The notes: generated by a model from the sequence alone, not told the origin. Positions 8,268 to 15,959 are shown, counted from the stretch's first letter. The stretch is DNA of 20,000 nucleotides from an uncultured virus (IMG/VR IMGVR_UViG_3300032288_005130) (IMGVR_UViG_3300032288_005130), one strand, 5' to 3'. Program-made: numbers and translations.

Positions 8268-8271
8268 CATT

Positions 8272-9159
8272 ATGAAATATTTAAAACAATTTCAAATATT
8301 TGAAAGTAAATCCGATCTAATAGATACCTATCTATCAAAGTTAGGCACAACTAAACAAGATGTAATAGATATCTTCCAAGGAATTATTGACTTAGGATAT
8401 GAACCTAAATTCACTTTACAATATATTGATAAAGATGGTAGAAAAAGAGATGAGAAATCAACCTCACAAGAAACACCAATAGTAATTATCGACTTTGTAT
8501 CAAATCATGAAAAGTATATCGGTGGATCAATCAAATTTAATAACCTAGATTATATAGAAAACCTTTATCATAACTTATCTATGTTTATGTCTATGTTTAA
8601 AGATAAATGCCATATTACATATGAATTAGATAATATGATTGAACTTAAACTTAAACTACAGTTTGAAACAGAATACGATCAATCTAAATTAAATATTTCT
8701 ATAACTGATTTACAATCAGCTTTAGAATCCAGTATGTCTTTGGTACCTAATGAATATTTAAGTGAAATAGTGGATGAATTATTATTAGTAATTAAACCAC
8801 AATCTTCATTAGTAGGTAAAAGATTATTCAATGAAATAATCAAAACAAAAGAAGATAGAATTAGTAATAAAGATGAATTATATGAAATTTCAAAAAATAT
8901 CAATCAATCAATCGCTAAAAAATTATCAGATAAATTTAAAAAAGATATTAGATATGAAGTAGTTAAGGGAAGTTACTTTGATAAAAAAGGAACAGGACTT
9001 TATTTATTTGAAGGTAATGAAAAAGAAATGATTTGTAGAATACAAAACCTTTTCAACGAACATAAAAAATACGATGGTAACATTAAAACAGGATTCTTGA
9101 AAACAAAAGAAGTAAGTGTAGATTTAGAATACTTAGAAATTAAATTATCAATGACATAA
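8272..9159 (+). CDS. Hypothetical protein, N-tag class; start revised to MKYLKQFQIFES (295 aa)
   Basis: Tag begins at Met52 of the 8119 ORF; the upstream part is antisense overlap with 7959..8240. Confidence 0.85.
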   Translation: MKYLKQFQIFESKSDLIDTYLSKLGTTKQDVIDIFQGIIDLGYEPKFTLQYIDKDGRKRDEKSTSQETPIVIIDFVSNHEKYIGGSIKFNNLDYIENLYHNLSMFMSMFKDKCHITYELDNMIELKLKLQFETEYDQSKLNISITDLQSALESSMSLVPNEYLSEIVDELLLVIKPQSSLVGKRLFNEIIKTKEDRISNKDELYEISKNINQSIAKKLSDKFKKDIRYEVVKGSYFDKKGTGLYLFEGNEKEMICRIQNLFNEHKKYDGNIKTGFLKTKEVSVDLEYLEIKLSMT

Positions 9160-9704
9160 TGAAATACTTAGAAAAATTTAAATCATTTGAGAAAATGAAA
9201 TATTTAAAGTCATATAAAATATTTGAAAATCAAAACTACAAAGGAGTTGCTGAGTATTTAGATACTATCTTAACACCCTTGGTAGATATTAATTTTGATT
9301 ATAAGATTGAAGTTTATAATACCAAATTCTCAGATAGTGAGTTTCTAATAAGACAGGGACATGAAAAGTTTATTAATTCAATTTCAGATAAGACAGATTT
9401 TAAAAGTATTTCAATTGAGATAGTCAAAAAAGGAGAGTGGTGGAAAAAAGATTTAGATACCGTAACCGAAGTTATATTAAGCTCAGCTTTATACTTAAAG
9501 ACTTTAGGATTTTTACCGAAAGCAACAGCCATTAACTTTTCAGACCTTATTAAAACAGAGTATATTGATAAATTAAATGAACTAGAAGAACTATTCAAAA
9601 ACTCAGGAACAGGAGTCGGAGTAAGTGATGTATTTGGAAATAACATACACAAGACATCCGGAGTTGATGATCAATATGAATATGAAATTAGATTTACAAA
9701 ATGA
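9159..9704 (+). CDS. Hypothetical protein with a doubled N-tag
   Basis: MKYLEKFKSFEK-MKYLKSYKIFEN; 181 aa. Confidence 0.85.
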   Translation: MKYLEKFKSFEKMKYLKSYKIFENQNYKGVAEYLDTILTPLVDINFDYKIEVYNTKFSDSEFLIRQGHEKFINSISDKTDFKSISIEIVKKGEWWKKDLDTVTEVILSSALYLKTLGFLPKATAINFSDLIKTEYIDKLNELEELFKNSGTGVGVSDVFGNNIHKTSGVDDQYEYEIRFTK

Positions 9705-9714
9705 AATATAAAAT

Positions 9715-10074
9715 ATGAAACATCTGAAAAAATACAACCATATTACCAAAAAAGATATAGAAAACTACTTTGCTCACTCATTTGACCTATCAGATAGCTT
9801 CGAAATAAGCGAAGCTTATTTTAATCCAAATGATACAAGAGACTGGGCAAGTAACGACTTTAGTAATGAAGAAAGTGAAAATCATCCCAATTTTTGCTTA
9901 AAAGGATTTCAAATATCAATAAACAATAACATATATGAACTAAAAGATTTCACTAAGTATGTTGAACTAATTAACCAAATATCAGAAGATATAAACAGAT
10001 TTAAACAAATAGAAAAGCCCAAAGATATTTTCTTTGACTCAAATGATCCTCTAATTATAATAATAGCTATCTAA
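9715..10074 (+). CDS. Hypothetical protein, degenerate N-tag (MKHLKKYN)
   Basis: 119 aa acidic protein. Confidence 0.8.
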   Translation: MKHLKKYNHITKKDIENYFAHSFDLSDSFEISEAYFNPNDTRDWASNDFSNEESENHPNFCLKGFQISINNNIYELKDFTKYVELINQISEDINRFKQIEKPKDIFFDSNDPLIIIIAI

Positions 10075-10077
10075 ACA

Positions 10078-10683
10078 CTACCCAAATAACACCAACAAAC
10101 ACCCAATTGTTATCAATATGAAATTATACTTCATATGCAAAGATGTCGCATGAAGTAATGCCACCTCAGACCCAAACTTCTTAAATGACCTAACATACCT
10201 AACAGAGAAAATAAAACCCGTAATACATAACAACATCGCCACAAATAAGGGTATTCCCATCACCATATGAACCATACCAAATATAATAGATTTCTTAATC
10301 CTAGCACCAATATCAATAACTCCCTCCCTAAATATCACTTCTTCTATCTTAGCTAAATAAGGTATACTAAAAACCATTAAGATCCAAAATACTAAAACAA
10401 TAGGAGTAAATCCACTAGTCATAGGCGATGTTACTAAATTCTGAGACTGACCATCAGATATAAAACTAATCCAAGAAAACTTTAACCAAGCAGGCGGTTC
10501 TAAATAAAGAATAAACACAACAGATAAAGAAACACCAATAAATAATAAGAAAGACCATAAGTAATCCCAATAATTACTGAAATATAACTTTAATAAAGAC
10601 CTATCTTTCCTAAACATCTTAAAAGCATCCCTTATTGCCATTATTGCTAATAAATACCCAATTACCTTTATTACTATTCCCAT
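10078..10683 (-). CDS. CPBP/Abi (CAAX protease-like) intramembrane glutamic endopeptidase
   Basis: Multiple hydrophobic segments; EEVIFR (EExxxR), FGMVH (FxxxH) and HMKYN (HxxxN) motifs. Confidence 0.85.
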   Translation of the reverse strand: MGIVIKVIGYLLAIMAIRDAFKMFRKDRSLLKLYFSNYWDYLWSFLLFIGVSLSVVFILYLEPPAWLKFSWISFISDGQSQNLVTSPMTSGFTPIVLVFWILMVFSIPYLAKIEEVIFREGVIDIGARIKKSIIFGMVHMVMGIPLFVAMLLCITGFIFSVRYVRSFKKFGSEVALLHATSLHMKYNFILITIGCLLVLFG

Positions 10684-10716
10684 TGTTACAATTTATTTTA
10701 TTTATGTGATTACTGA

Positions 10717-10754
10717 AGTTTAAAAAAATTTCCAGAGTTTAAAAATTTTTCCAG
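10717..10754 (+). repeat. 19-bp tandem direct repeat
   Basis: AGTTTAAAAAAATTTCCAG / AGTTTAAAAATTTTTCCAG, 2 mismatches. Confidence 0.7.
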
Positions 10755-10762
10755 ACCCACCA

Positions 10763-10793
10763 CAAATATAAAAACAAATTCCGATATAAACAA
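10763..10793 (-). promoter_or_regulatory. Bacteroidota-type promoter for the CPBP gene
   Basis: CAAATATA 10763-10770 (minus TATATTTG) with TTG 20 nt upstream. Confidence 0.55.
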
Positions 10794-10803
10794 TATAAAA
10801 AAC

Positions 10804-11058
10804 ATGATTAACCTAAAAACTATAAAAGATATCAAAGACTCAGAAGAAGGCCAACTACTCCTAATGGCAATCGCCATACTAACATCCATAAAACCAGAAG
10901 ATATCAAATCAGATAAATGGGGCGGCATGGTACACCCAGATGACGCATTAGAAAGAATACAAGACCTAGCCAACAAAATCTACTATGAAGAAGAATGGAA
11001 AGGGGAACAAATCAAAATAATGAGAGATAATAAACTAAATAAAATTATTAATGATTAA
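10804..11058 (+). CDS. Hypothetical protein, C-tag class (...RDNKLNKIIND)
   Basis: 84 aa. Confidence 0.8.
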   Translation: MINLKTIKDIKDSEEGQLLLMAIAILTSIKPEDIKSDKWGGMVHPDDALERIQDLANKIYYEEEWKGEQIKIMRDNKLNKIIND

Positions 11059-11290
11059 AGAAGACCTAACTAAAATCTATAAAGGGAGATTTGCCATAAA
11101 TACAACATATAGTCCAGACTCACTAAAACCACAATTCCATATAATAGATAAACTAACAAATAAAAAAGTAATAATAGAAATATCTGATATAGATAACTTT
11201 ACCGATGAATCTATCTACAACATACTAAAAGAAACAATAGATAATATGATATCAGAAAATAGAAATAATAAAATCAATTCAATACTCTAA
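11051..11290 (+). CDS. Hypothetical protein, C-tag class (...RNNKINSIL)
   Basis: 79 aa coupled ORF. Confidence 0.8.
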   Translation: MIKEDLTKIYKGRFAINTTYSPDSLKPQFHIIDKLTNKKVIIEISDIDNFTDESIYNILKETIDNMISENRNNKINSIL

Positions 11291-11484
11291 TGAATATAGA
11301 AGTAGTAGCCTATAATAAAGTCCTATTCAAAGACCAAATACTAAAAGTAACACCAGAAGTAATTCAAGATGCACACCACGGAATATCTATAACAGAAGAA
11401 CAATTCATACAATACATAACAGATATCTATAATAAACAAATACACATAATCAGAAATAATAAACTAAAACAATTAGGAATATGA
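11290..11484 (+). CDS. Hypothetical protein, C-tag class (...RNNKLKQLGI)
   Basis: 64 aa coupled ORF. Confidence 0.8.
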   Translation: MNIEVVAYNKVLFKDQILKVTPEVIQDAHHGISITEEQFIQYITDIYNKQIHIIRNNKLKQLGI

Positions 11485-11612
11485 TAACATCTAAAGAATA
11501 TAAATACAGTTATTATATATGTATTAAACACGGAACATCATCAAAAACTAAATTAAATTGCAATGGGTGTAGAAAAGATAAAATAAAGAGATTATTTCTT
11601 CTTAAATTCTAA
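11481..11612 (+). CDS. 43-aa putative Zn-binding microprotein, C-tag-like (absent from ORF track)
   Basis: MITSKEYKYSYYICIKHGTSSKTKLNCNGCRKDKIKRLFLLKF; ATGA-coupled; CxxH...CxxC. Confidence 0.6.
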   Translation: MITSKEYKYSYYICIKHGTSSKTKLNCNGCRKDKIKRLFLLKF

Positions 11613-12101
11613 ATACATAAAATTAATATAATAGTTATTCTTTATAGAATTTAATAACTCACCCTTACTTATAGGATGCTCTGGTGTCTGAAAATCCTCC
11701 TGAACTCCCTCCCCTCCACACTTACCACAAATCCACATATTAATATCCTTATCATCATTCCTTTCAGTAAACCAAACATTCCTACTGTCACAACTAGGAC
11801 ACCTTTCATAATAATCCCAATTCTCATTCTCATAGAATGAATCCTCACCTAAAACATATCCCTGAGACTCTAAATATGAAAAGAGATGCTCTATAATATG
11901 ACCAATTGATCTTAATTTAAGCTCAGATTTATAACTAGATAAAATTACAACTATACTAGTGAACTTCGTGAACTCAGTACCATCACCCTTTAATTCAACA
12001 TCATACCCAACTCCATCATCACTTAACTCAATTAAAATATCTTTAATATAATCTACAAAGATATGAGATTCAAATATTTTGTATTTCTCTAAATGTTTCA
12101 T
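11592..12101 (-). CDS. N-tag protein, DILLELxDxG family with Zn-ribbon insertion
   Basis: MKHLEKYKIFES; IKDILIELSDDG; CPSC...CGKC. Confidence 0.85.
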   Translation of the reverse strand: MKHLEKYKIFESHIFVDYIKDILIELSDDGVGYDVELKGDGTEFTKFTSIVVILSSYKSELKLRSIGHIIEHLFSYLESQGYVLGEDSFYENENWDYYERCPSCDSRNVWFTERNDDKDINMWICGKCGGEGVQEDFQTPEHPISKGELLNSIKNNYYINFMYLEFKKK

Positions 12102-12102
12102 A

Positions 12103-12360
12103 CTAATATAAACTATCTTTATACTCCATTAAGAACTCTATTATCCTCTCTATCTCATCCGGAGTATCAATAATAACACCACCCTCATTTGTTTGAAATT
12201 TAATAGACATCTCACCTTCAACATCTTTATAGTTCCATTGCTTTTTAATAACAGATATCTCTAAAGATGGAGAAGATATAGGAGAAGAATATGGATTATT
12301 ACCACTTATTCTAACTTTAGGAGTTTCTAAAGATTCATTGTACTTTCTTAAATGTTTCAT
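12103..12360 (-). CDS. Hypothetical protein, N-tag class (MKHLRKYNES)
   Basis: 85 aa. Confidence 0.8.
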   Translation of the reverse strand: MKHLRKYNESLETPKVRISGNNPYSSPISSPSLEISVIKKQWNYKDVEGEMSIKFQTNEGGVIIDTPDEIERIIEFLMEYKDSLY

Positions 12361-12363
12361 ATA

Positions 12364-12672
12364 TTATTTCTTTATTTTTATGAATCTAGGATCATTCTCT
12401 AATGAACCAAATTCTGCCTTCCACTTATCCCTTACCACCTCATCCGAGAAAAGAACTCCATCTTTATAAAAAACAATAGCTCCTCCATTCTCTATGTATA
12501 TCTTACAAGGAATAGGGAAAACATTTCTTAAACCAGTAGTTGTCTTAAACCCAGAGTCTATCTCATCTGAATAAACTTCATATCCCTTAATTACTCCTGA
12601 ATATTCACCTTCAGGCCAGTTATCCAATGTATAATTTGATTTTGATTCGTTATATGTTTTTAAGTGTTTCAT
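12364..12672 (-). CDS. Hypothetical protein, N-tag class (MKHLKTYNES)
   Basis: 102 aa. Confidence 0.8.
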   Translation of the reverse strand: MKHLKTYNESKSNYTLDNWPEGEYSGVIKGYEVYSDEIDSGFKTTTGLRNVFPIPCKIYIENGGAIVFYKDGVLFSDEVVRDKWKAEFGSLENDPRFIKIKK

Positions 12673-12695
12673 ATTTTTTATATTATTTTTTTATA

Positions 12696-13124
12696 TTATT
12701 TAACCAAATCAAATATGATAGATATCTCATATATATCCTCTCTATCTAATGAAACAAAATCTATGAATTTCTCATAGTTATCGAAATATAATCTAAAGTT
12801 TTCTCCAATATCATTTTCAAAAACAACACAACACTTATCAAGTTTCCATCTACCCGAACTTTCAATATAGTCTTTAGCCCTTTCAAATGTATCAGAAACA
12901 TCAGACCAATTAAATAGCTTTATTCTAGTAACCTGAAGAATCCACATATCTAAACCCTGCGGACTTACAACAACATCAACACTGAATCCCTCATCACCCA
13001 ATTCAAGAAACATATCCTGAACATCTAATTCTAATCTAGAATCAGAATATTCAGATACCTCATACATAGTAGTGAACTTAGTTAACTCAGTATCGAAGAA
13101 AGTATATGGTTTTAAGTATTTCAT
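12696..13124 (-). CDS. N-tag protein (MKYLKPY), DILLELxDxG family
   Basis: Paralog of 1909..2313 (WSDVSD..ERAK, FIDFVS, IYEI..IFDLV). Confidence 0.9.
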   Translation of the reverse strand: MKYLKPYTFFDTELTKFTTMYEVSEYSDSRLELDVQDMFLELGDEGFSVDVVVSPQGLDMWILQVTRIKLFNWSDVSDTFERAKDYIESSGRWKLDKCCVVFENDIGENFRLYFDNYEKFIDFVSLDREDIYEISIIFDLVK

Positions 13125-13160
13125 AAATTATATATAAAAAGAGAGAGTTAAAAAATTTTC

Positions 13161-13550
13161 CTAATTAAAATGTAACTCAAAAAAAGTTATAACACCCTCG
13201 GCTCCAAAGTTAGTTGGATTCATAACTGATGTAGTTTTAATAATAGGTCTTTGTTCTGATCTTTCCTTTGGACTCATCCAATCAATCTTTAATCCATATT
13301 CTGATAAGAATAATTTTAATCTTTCAACCACATCTTCTATATCAGAATAATCAAACTCTTCTTTTTTACTAAAGAAAAATTGAATCCAATTCTTATTATG
13401 TTCTTTACCTATACTAACACCAGTATTGAAATAAGAACTAATTTTAGTTGTAAAACCATTATCCTCTAACTCTAAAAGAATATCCTTACATTCATTTATA
13501 ACTGACTGGTCTATATTTTCATTAAACCTTCTTAAATATTTCATACTCAT
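13161..13550 (-). CDS. N-tag protein (MKYLRRFNEN), DILLELxDxG family
   Basis: CKDILLELEDNGF...IEDVVERLKLFL; start may be 13544. Confidence 0.85.
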   Translation of the reverse strand: MSMKYLRRFNENIDQSVINECKDILLELEDNGFTTKISSYFNTGVSIGKEHNKNWIQFFFSKKEEFDYSDIEDVVERLKLFLSEYGLKIDWMSPKERSEQRPIIKTTSVMNPTNFGAEGVITFFELHFN

Positions 13551-13568
13551 AATTAATTTTTTGTATCT

Positions 13569-13611
13569 TATATATTAATTTATAACATTAGAATTATTAT
13601 TTGTATATTTG
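13569..13611. promoter_or_regulatory. Back-to-back promoter motifs: TAATATATA (minus, 13569-13577) and TATATTTG (plus, 13604-13611)
   Basis: Third copy of the divergent architecture, in mirror orientation. Confidence 0.65.
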
Positions 13612-13615
13612 TTAT

Positions 13616-13966
13616 ATGAATTATTTAAAACATATATTTTATTACACCTTCTATAAGAACTATAGAATACTTATTTCTAATACTTGGGTATTTACATGTT
13701 TCGAATATTCAGGAATATTATTTAAGACTATCTATGATTCGTTGGATGGTGAGTATTCATTTATTGTTTTAGAAGATTCTGATTCTTCTTCTTCTTCATA
13801 TAAAGGATCCTTTTCTGAGATAATAACTAATCAAGATAATCATATTGTTCGTAGAGATGTAAGTAAAGATGTTTCACAATTCTTTATTATGTATCATAAA
13901 GATAAATTAATTCTGGATAAATTATCATATCAGAGAGATAAGAAGTTAAAAGAATTGGGAATATAG
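13616..13966 (+). CDS. Hypothetical protein, C-tag class; start revised to MNYLKH (116 aa)
   Basis: ATG 4 nt after TATATTTG; ends RDKKLKELGI. Confidence 0.8.
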   Translation: MNYLKHIFYYTFYKNYRILISNTWVFTCFEYSGILFKTIYDSLDGEYSFIVLEDSDSSSSSYKGSFSEIITNQDNHIVRRDVSKDVSQFFIMYHKDKLILDKLSYQRDKKLKELGI

Positions 13967-13975
13967 AAATTAAGT

Positions 13976-14113
13976 CGGATTTCTGTAAAAGAGTGGATTT
14001 TGGGCGGATTTCTCTACAAAAAAACGGTTAGATTCCTGTAAGAGGAAAATTGGATATACAGAAATCTGTGCAGAATTTTGTAATGACTACAGAAAAATGA
14101 CCGGATTTCTGTA
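13976..14113. repeat. Cluster of CGGATTTCTGTA-like 12-mers ending in a 26-bp palindrome
   Basis: Copies at 13976, 14005, 14029, 14057 (inverted) and 14071; TACAGAAAAATGACCGGATTTCTGTA at 14088-14113. Confidence 0.85.
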
Positions 14114-14231
14114 TTAAAATGTGTTGATGCTATACAGGTTTATTAGAGCCTGTCTGAAACCTTCTTTCAGTACTAAATCTTATATACGGTCAAAACAAAA
14201 TGGCGCTTATGAAATAAATATATATAGTATT

Positions 14232-14417
14232 ATGTCAGATGAATTTGAAGGGGCCAAAAGGGGCCGAAAAACAACAGAGAAGAAGCGTTTATGTGTTCGG
14301 TTAGATCCGGATGTTCATAGTGAGTTGATGGCTTATATAGATAAGCATGGGTTTATAACTGCTAAGTTAGTAGAGAAGATATTGATATCATTTTTAAAGA
14401 CGAGGGATGATAAATAA
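14232..14417 (+). CDS. Ribbon-helix-helix-like DNA-binding protein; start revised to MSDEF (61 aa)
   Basis: KRGRK basic arm, KRLCVRL strand, helix-G-helix pattern typical of Arc/CopG/MetJ; ATATATA just upstream. Confidence 0.7.
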   Translation: MSDEFEGAKRGRKTTEKKRLCVRLDPDVHSELMAYIDKHGFITAKLVEKILISFLKTRDDK

Positions 14418-14478
14418 TATAAAGGGTATAACCTTCTCATATACTAAGATAAGAAGATTATTCAACTTATAAGATATA

Positions 14479-14504
14479 TACAGAAAAATGTGCGGATTTC
14501 TGTA
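14479..14504. repeat. 26-bp imperfect palindrome, copy 2
   Basis: TACAGAAAAATGTGCGGATTTCTGTA, between convergent genes. Confidence 0.9.
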
Positions 14505-14512
14505 AATTGTTT

Positions 14513-14923
14513 TTAATCTAAGTTTTTTCTTAAAATTTCTTTACAAGTTTCTTCCCACTCAAAATGTTCTACATTAACTGGAAAACATTTAATCTCATTG
14601 GATCGATTACTTTCTAGTATATCCATTAGTTCAATAACATCATCATCTAGGTGAAAGATAAATCCTTTACCTTCTAAAAATAAAGACTTAGACTCCATAC
14701 AAGTAAAGTGGATATTTTCTACTTTAATACCACAATCTTCAGCAACATGGAATAGTTTTTGATTTTGTTCTTCTATCCAATGCCAATTTTTAGTTTTAGC
14801 GGCTTCATCACTAAAGCGAGAAGTAACTATCCAAACTTCATATCCTTTACTCACCAAATCTTTGGCAAGTTTCTGTACATCTTTTCGAGATAACGTACCA
14901 TCAAAATCAAAACTCACTTTCAT
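14513..14923 (-). CDS. HAD-superfamily phosphohydrolase (capless/small)
   Basis: Motif I DFDGTL, motif II IVTSR, motif III K, motif IV HLDDD. Confidence 0.85.
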   Translation of the reverse strand: MKVSFDFDGTLSRKDVQKLAKDLVSKGYEVWIVTSRFSDEAAKTKNWHWIEEQNQKLFHVAEDCGIKVENIHFTCMESKSLFLEGKGFIFHLDDDVIELMDILESNRSNEIKCFPVNVEHFEWEETCKEILRKNLD

Positions 14924-14938
14924 AGTCTTTCGTTTTTA

Positions 14939-15181
14939 TTATAACATTGCGTGTGGACAACTGAATTTATAGCACCATTCTTGTGCTTCTGAATAGTCTT
15001 TACACGGGATTAATTGGTGACCTTTTGTATTAACTATATAATGTTCTTTATTAATGAGTATATGTGTATATCCAACTATGTCTTTCATAAGATGGAAGAT
15101 AGTGAAAGGATCCCCATTGGGGTGTAAGGTAACTTGGGCTTTGATATAATGACCGTTTTGAGGTGTATTAAATTTTATCAT
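14939..15181 (-). CDS. Hypothetical protein
   Basis: 80 aa; TATCTTTA promoter variant 4 nt upstream. Confidence 0.65.
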   Translation of the reverse strand: MIKFNTPQNGHYIKAQVTLHPNGDPFTIFHLMKDIVGYTHILINKEHYIVNTKGHQLIPCKDYSEAQEWCYKFSCPHAML

Positions 15182-15212
15182 ATTGTAAAGATAAGGATAA
15201 TAATTGATAATA

Positions 15213-15238
15213 TACAGAAAAATGTTCGGATTTCTGTA
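15213..15238. repeat. 26-bp imperfect palindrome, copy 3
   Basis: TACAGAAAAATGTTCGGATTTCTGTA. Confidence 0.9.
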
Positions 15239-15247
15239 TATTAATTT

Positions 15248-15907
15248 CTAATCTTTCCATCTATCTGGATAGTTATATCTCATCTTAGTTATCATAATTA
15301 ACATACGCATATTAACGCTTACTTCATTACAAACTTCTGATAGGAAACTTAGGGCGTCTTTCTTAAACTCTAATGAATACTCTGGTAAGATATCCTCTAA
15401 GATAGCATTCATACGCTCAATCTTATCTGATGGAGTCATGGTTAAATCTACTGTTAAACTTCTTGAGCGGATAGCTTCATTTACATCATCAATTGATTTA
15501 TTGGATATAAAGATAATTCTGCCGGTAAATTCAAATTGCTGAGGATATTCATCATTCTTATTCATCTTAGTCATCCAAGAGATAGTTCTCTTTTCATATG
15601 AGTCTAGGGCTGATTTTAAGATGTTTAGGGCTACTTTATCATCTAATACGGAATCACAATCATCAAAGATAATTAGTTTACCGTTGTTATCATAAAGTGT
15701 ATTGTATAGGCCGCGAGCGGTTGAATAACCTTTGAAAAAGATATACTCATCATCGGTTAAATCATTTGATTGAATGGTTTCGGTAACAGAGTGAGTTTTA
15801 CCTAGGCCGCCTTCTCCAAGAATTATTAAAGAAGGAGTAGCGTTGTTAACAACCATAGTTGTAAGGTCATTAAGGAATTGAAATCTTTGGTTGATATTAA
15901 ATGTCAT
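15248..15907 (-). CDS. AAA+ family P-loop ATPase
   Basis: Walker A GEGGLGKT, Walker B LIIFDD, sensor-1 FISN, arginine finger AIRSR. Confidence 0.9.
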   Translation of the reverse strand: MTFNINQRFQFLNDLTTMVVNNATPSLIILGEGGLGKTHSVTETIQSNDLTDDEYIFFKGYSTARGLYNTLYDNNGKLIIFDDCDSVLDDKVALNILKSALDSYEKRTISWMTKMNKNDEYPQQFEFTGRIIFISNKSIDDVNEAIRSRSLTVDLTMTPSDKIERMNAILEDILPEYSLEFKKDALSFLSEVCNEVSVNMRMLIMITKMRYNYPDRWKD

Positions 15908-15927
15908 AGTGGTTTTGTTTTGTTATA

Positions 15928-15959
15928 CAAATATAAGGAATGATTTTGATATAAACAAA
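15928..15959 (-). promoter_or_regulatory. Bacteroidota-type promoter (TTTG-N20-TATATTTG) for the ATPase
   Basis: CAAATATA 15928-15935, CAAA 15956-15959. Confidence 0.7.

Noticed and set aside
8119..8271. N-terminal extension of the 346-aa ORF
   Set aside because: Overlaps the opposite-strand gene and the promoter motifs; the tag marks the start at 8272
14121..14231. N-terminal extension of the RHH ORF
   Set aside because: GTG start next to the repeat region; the ATG at 14232 follows an ATATATA motif and gives a typical RHH size
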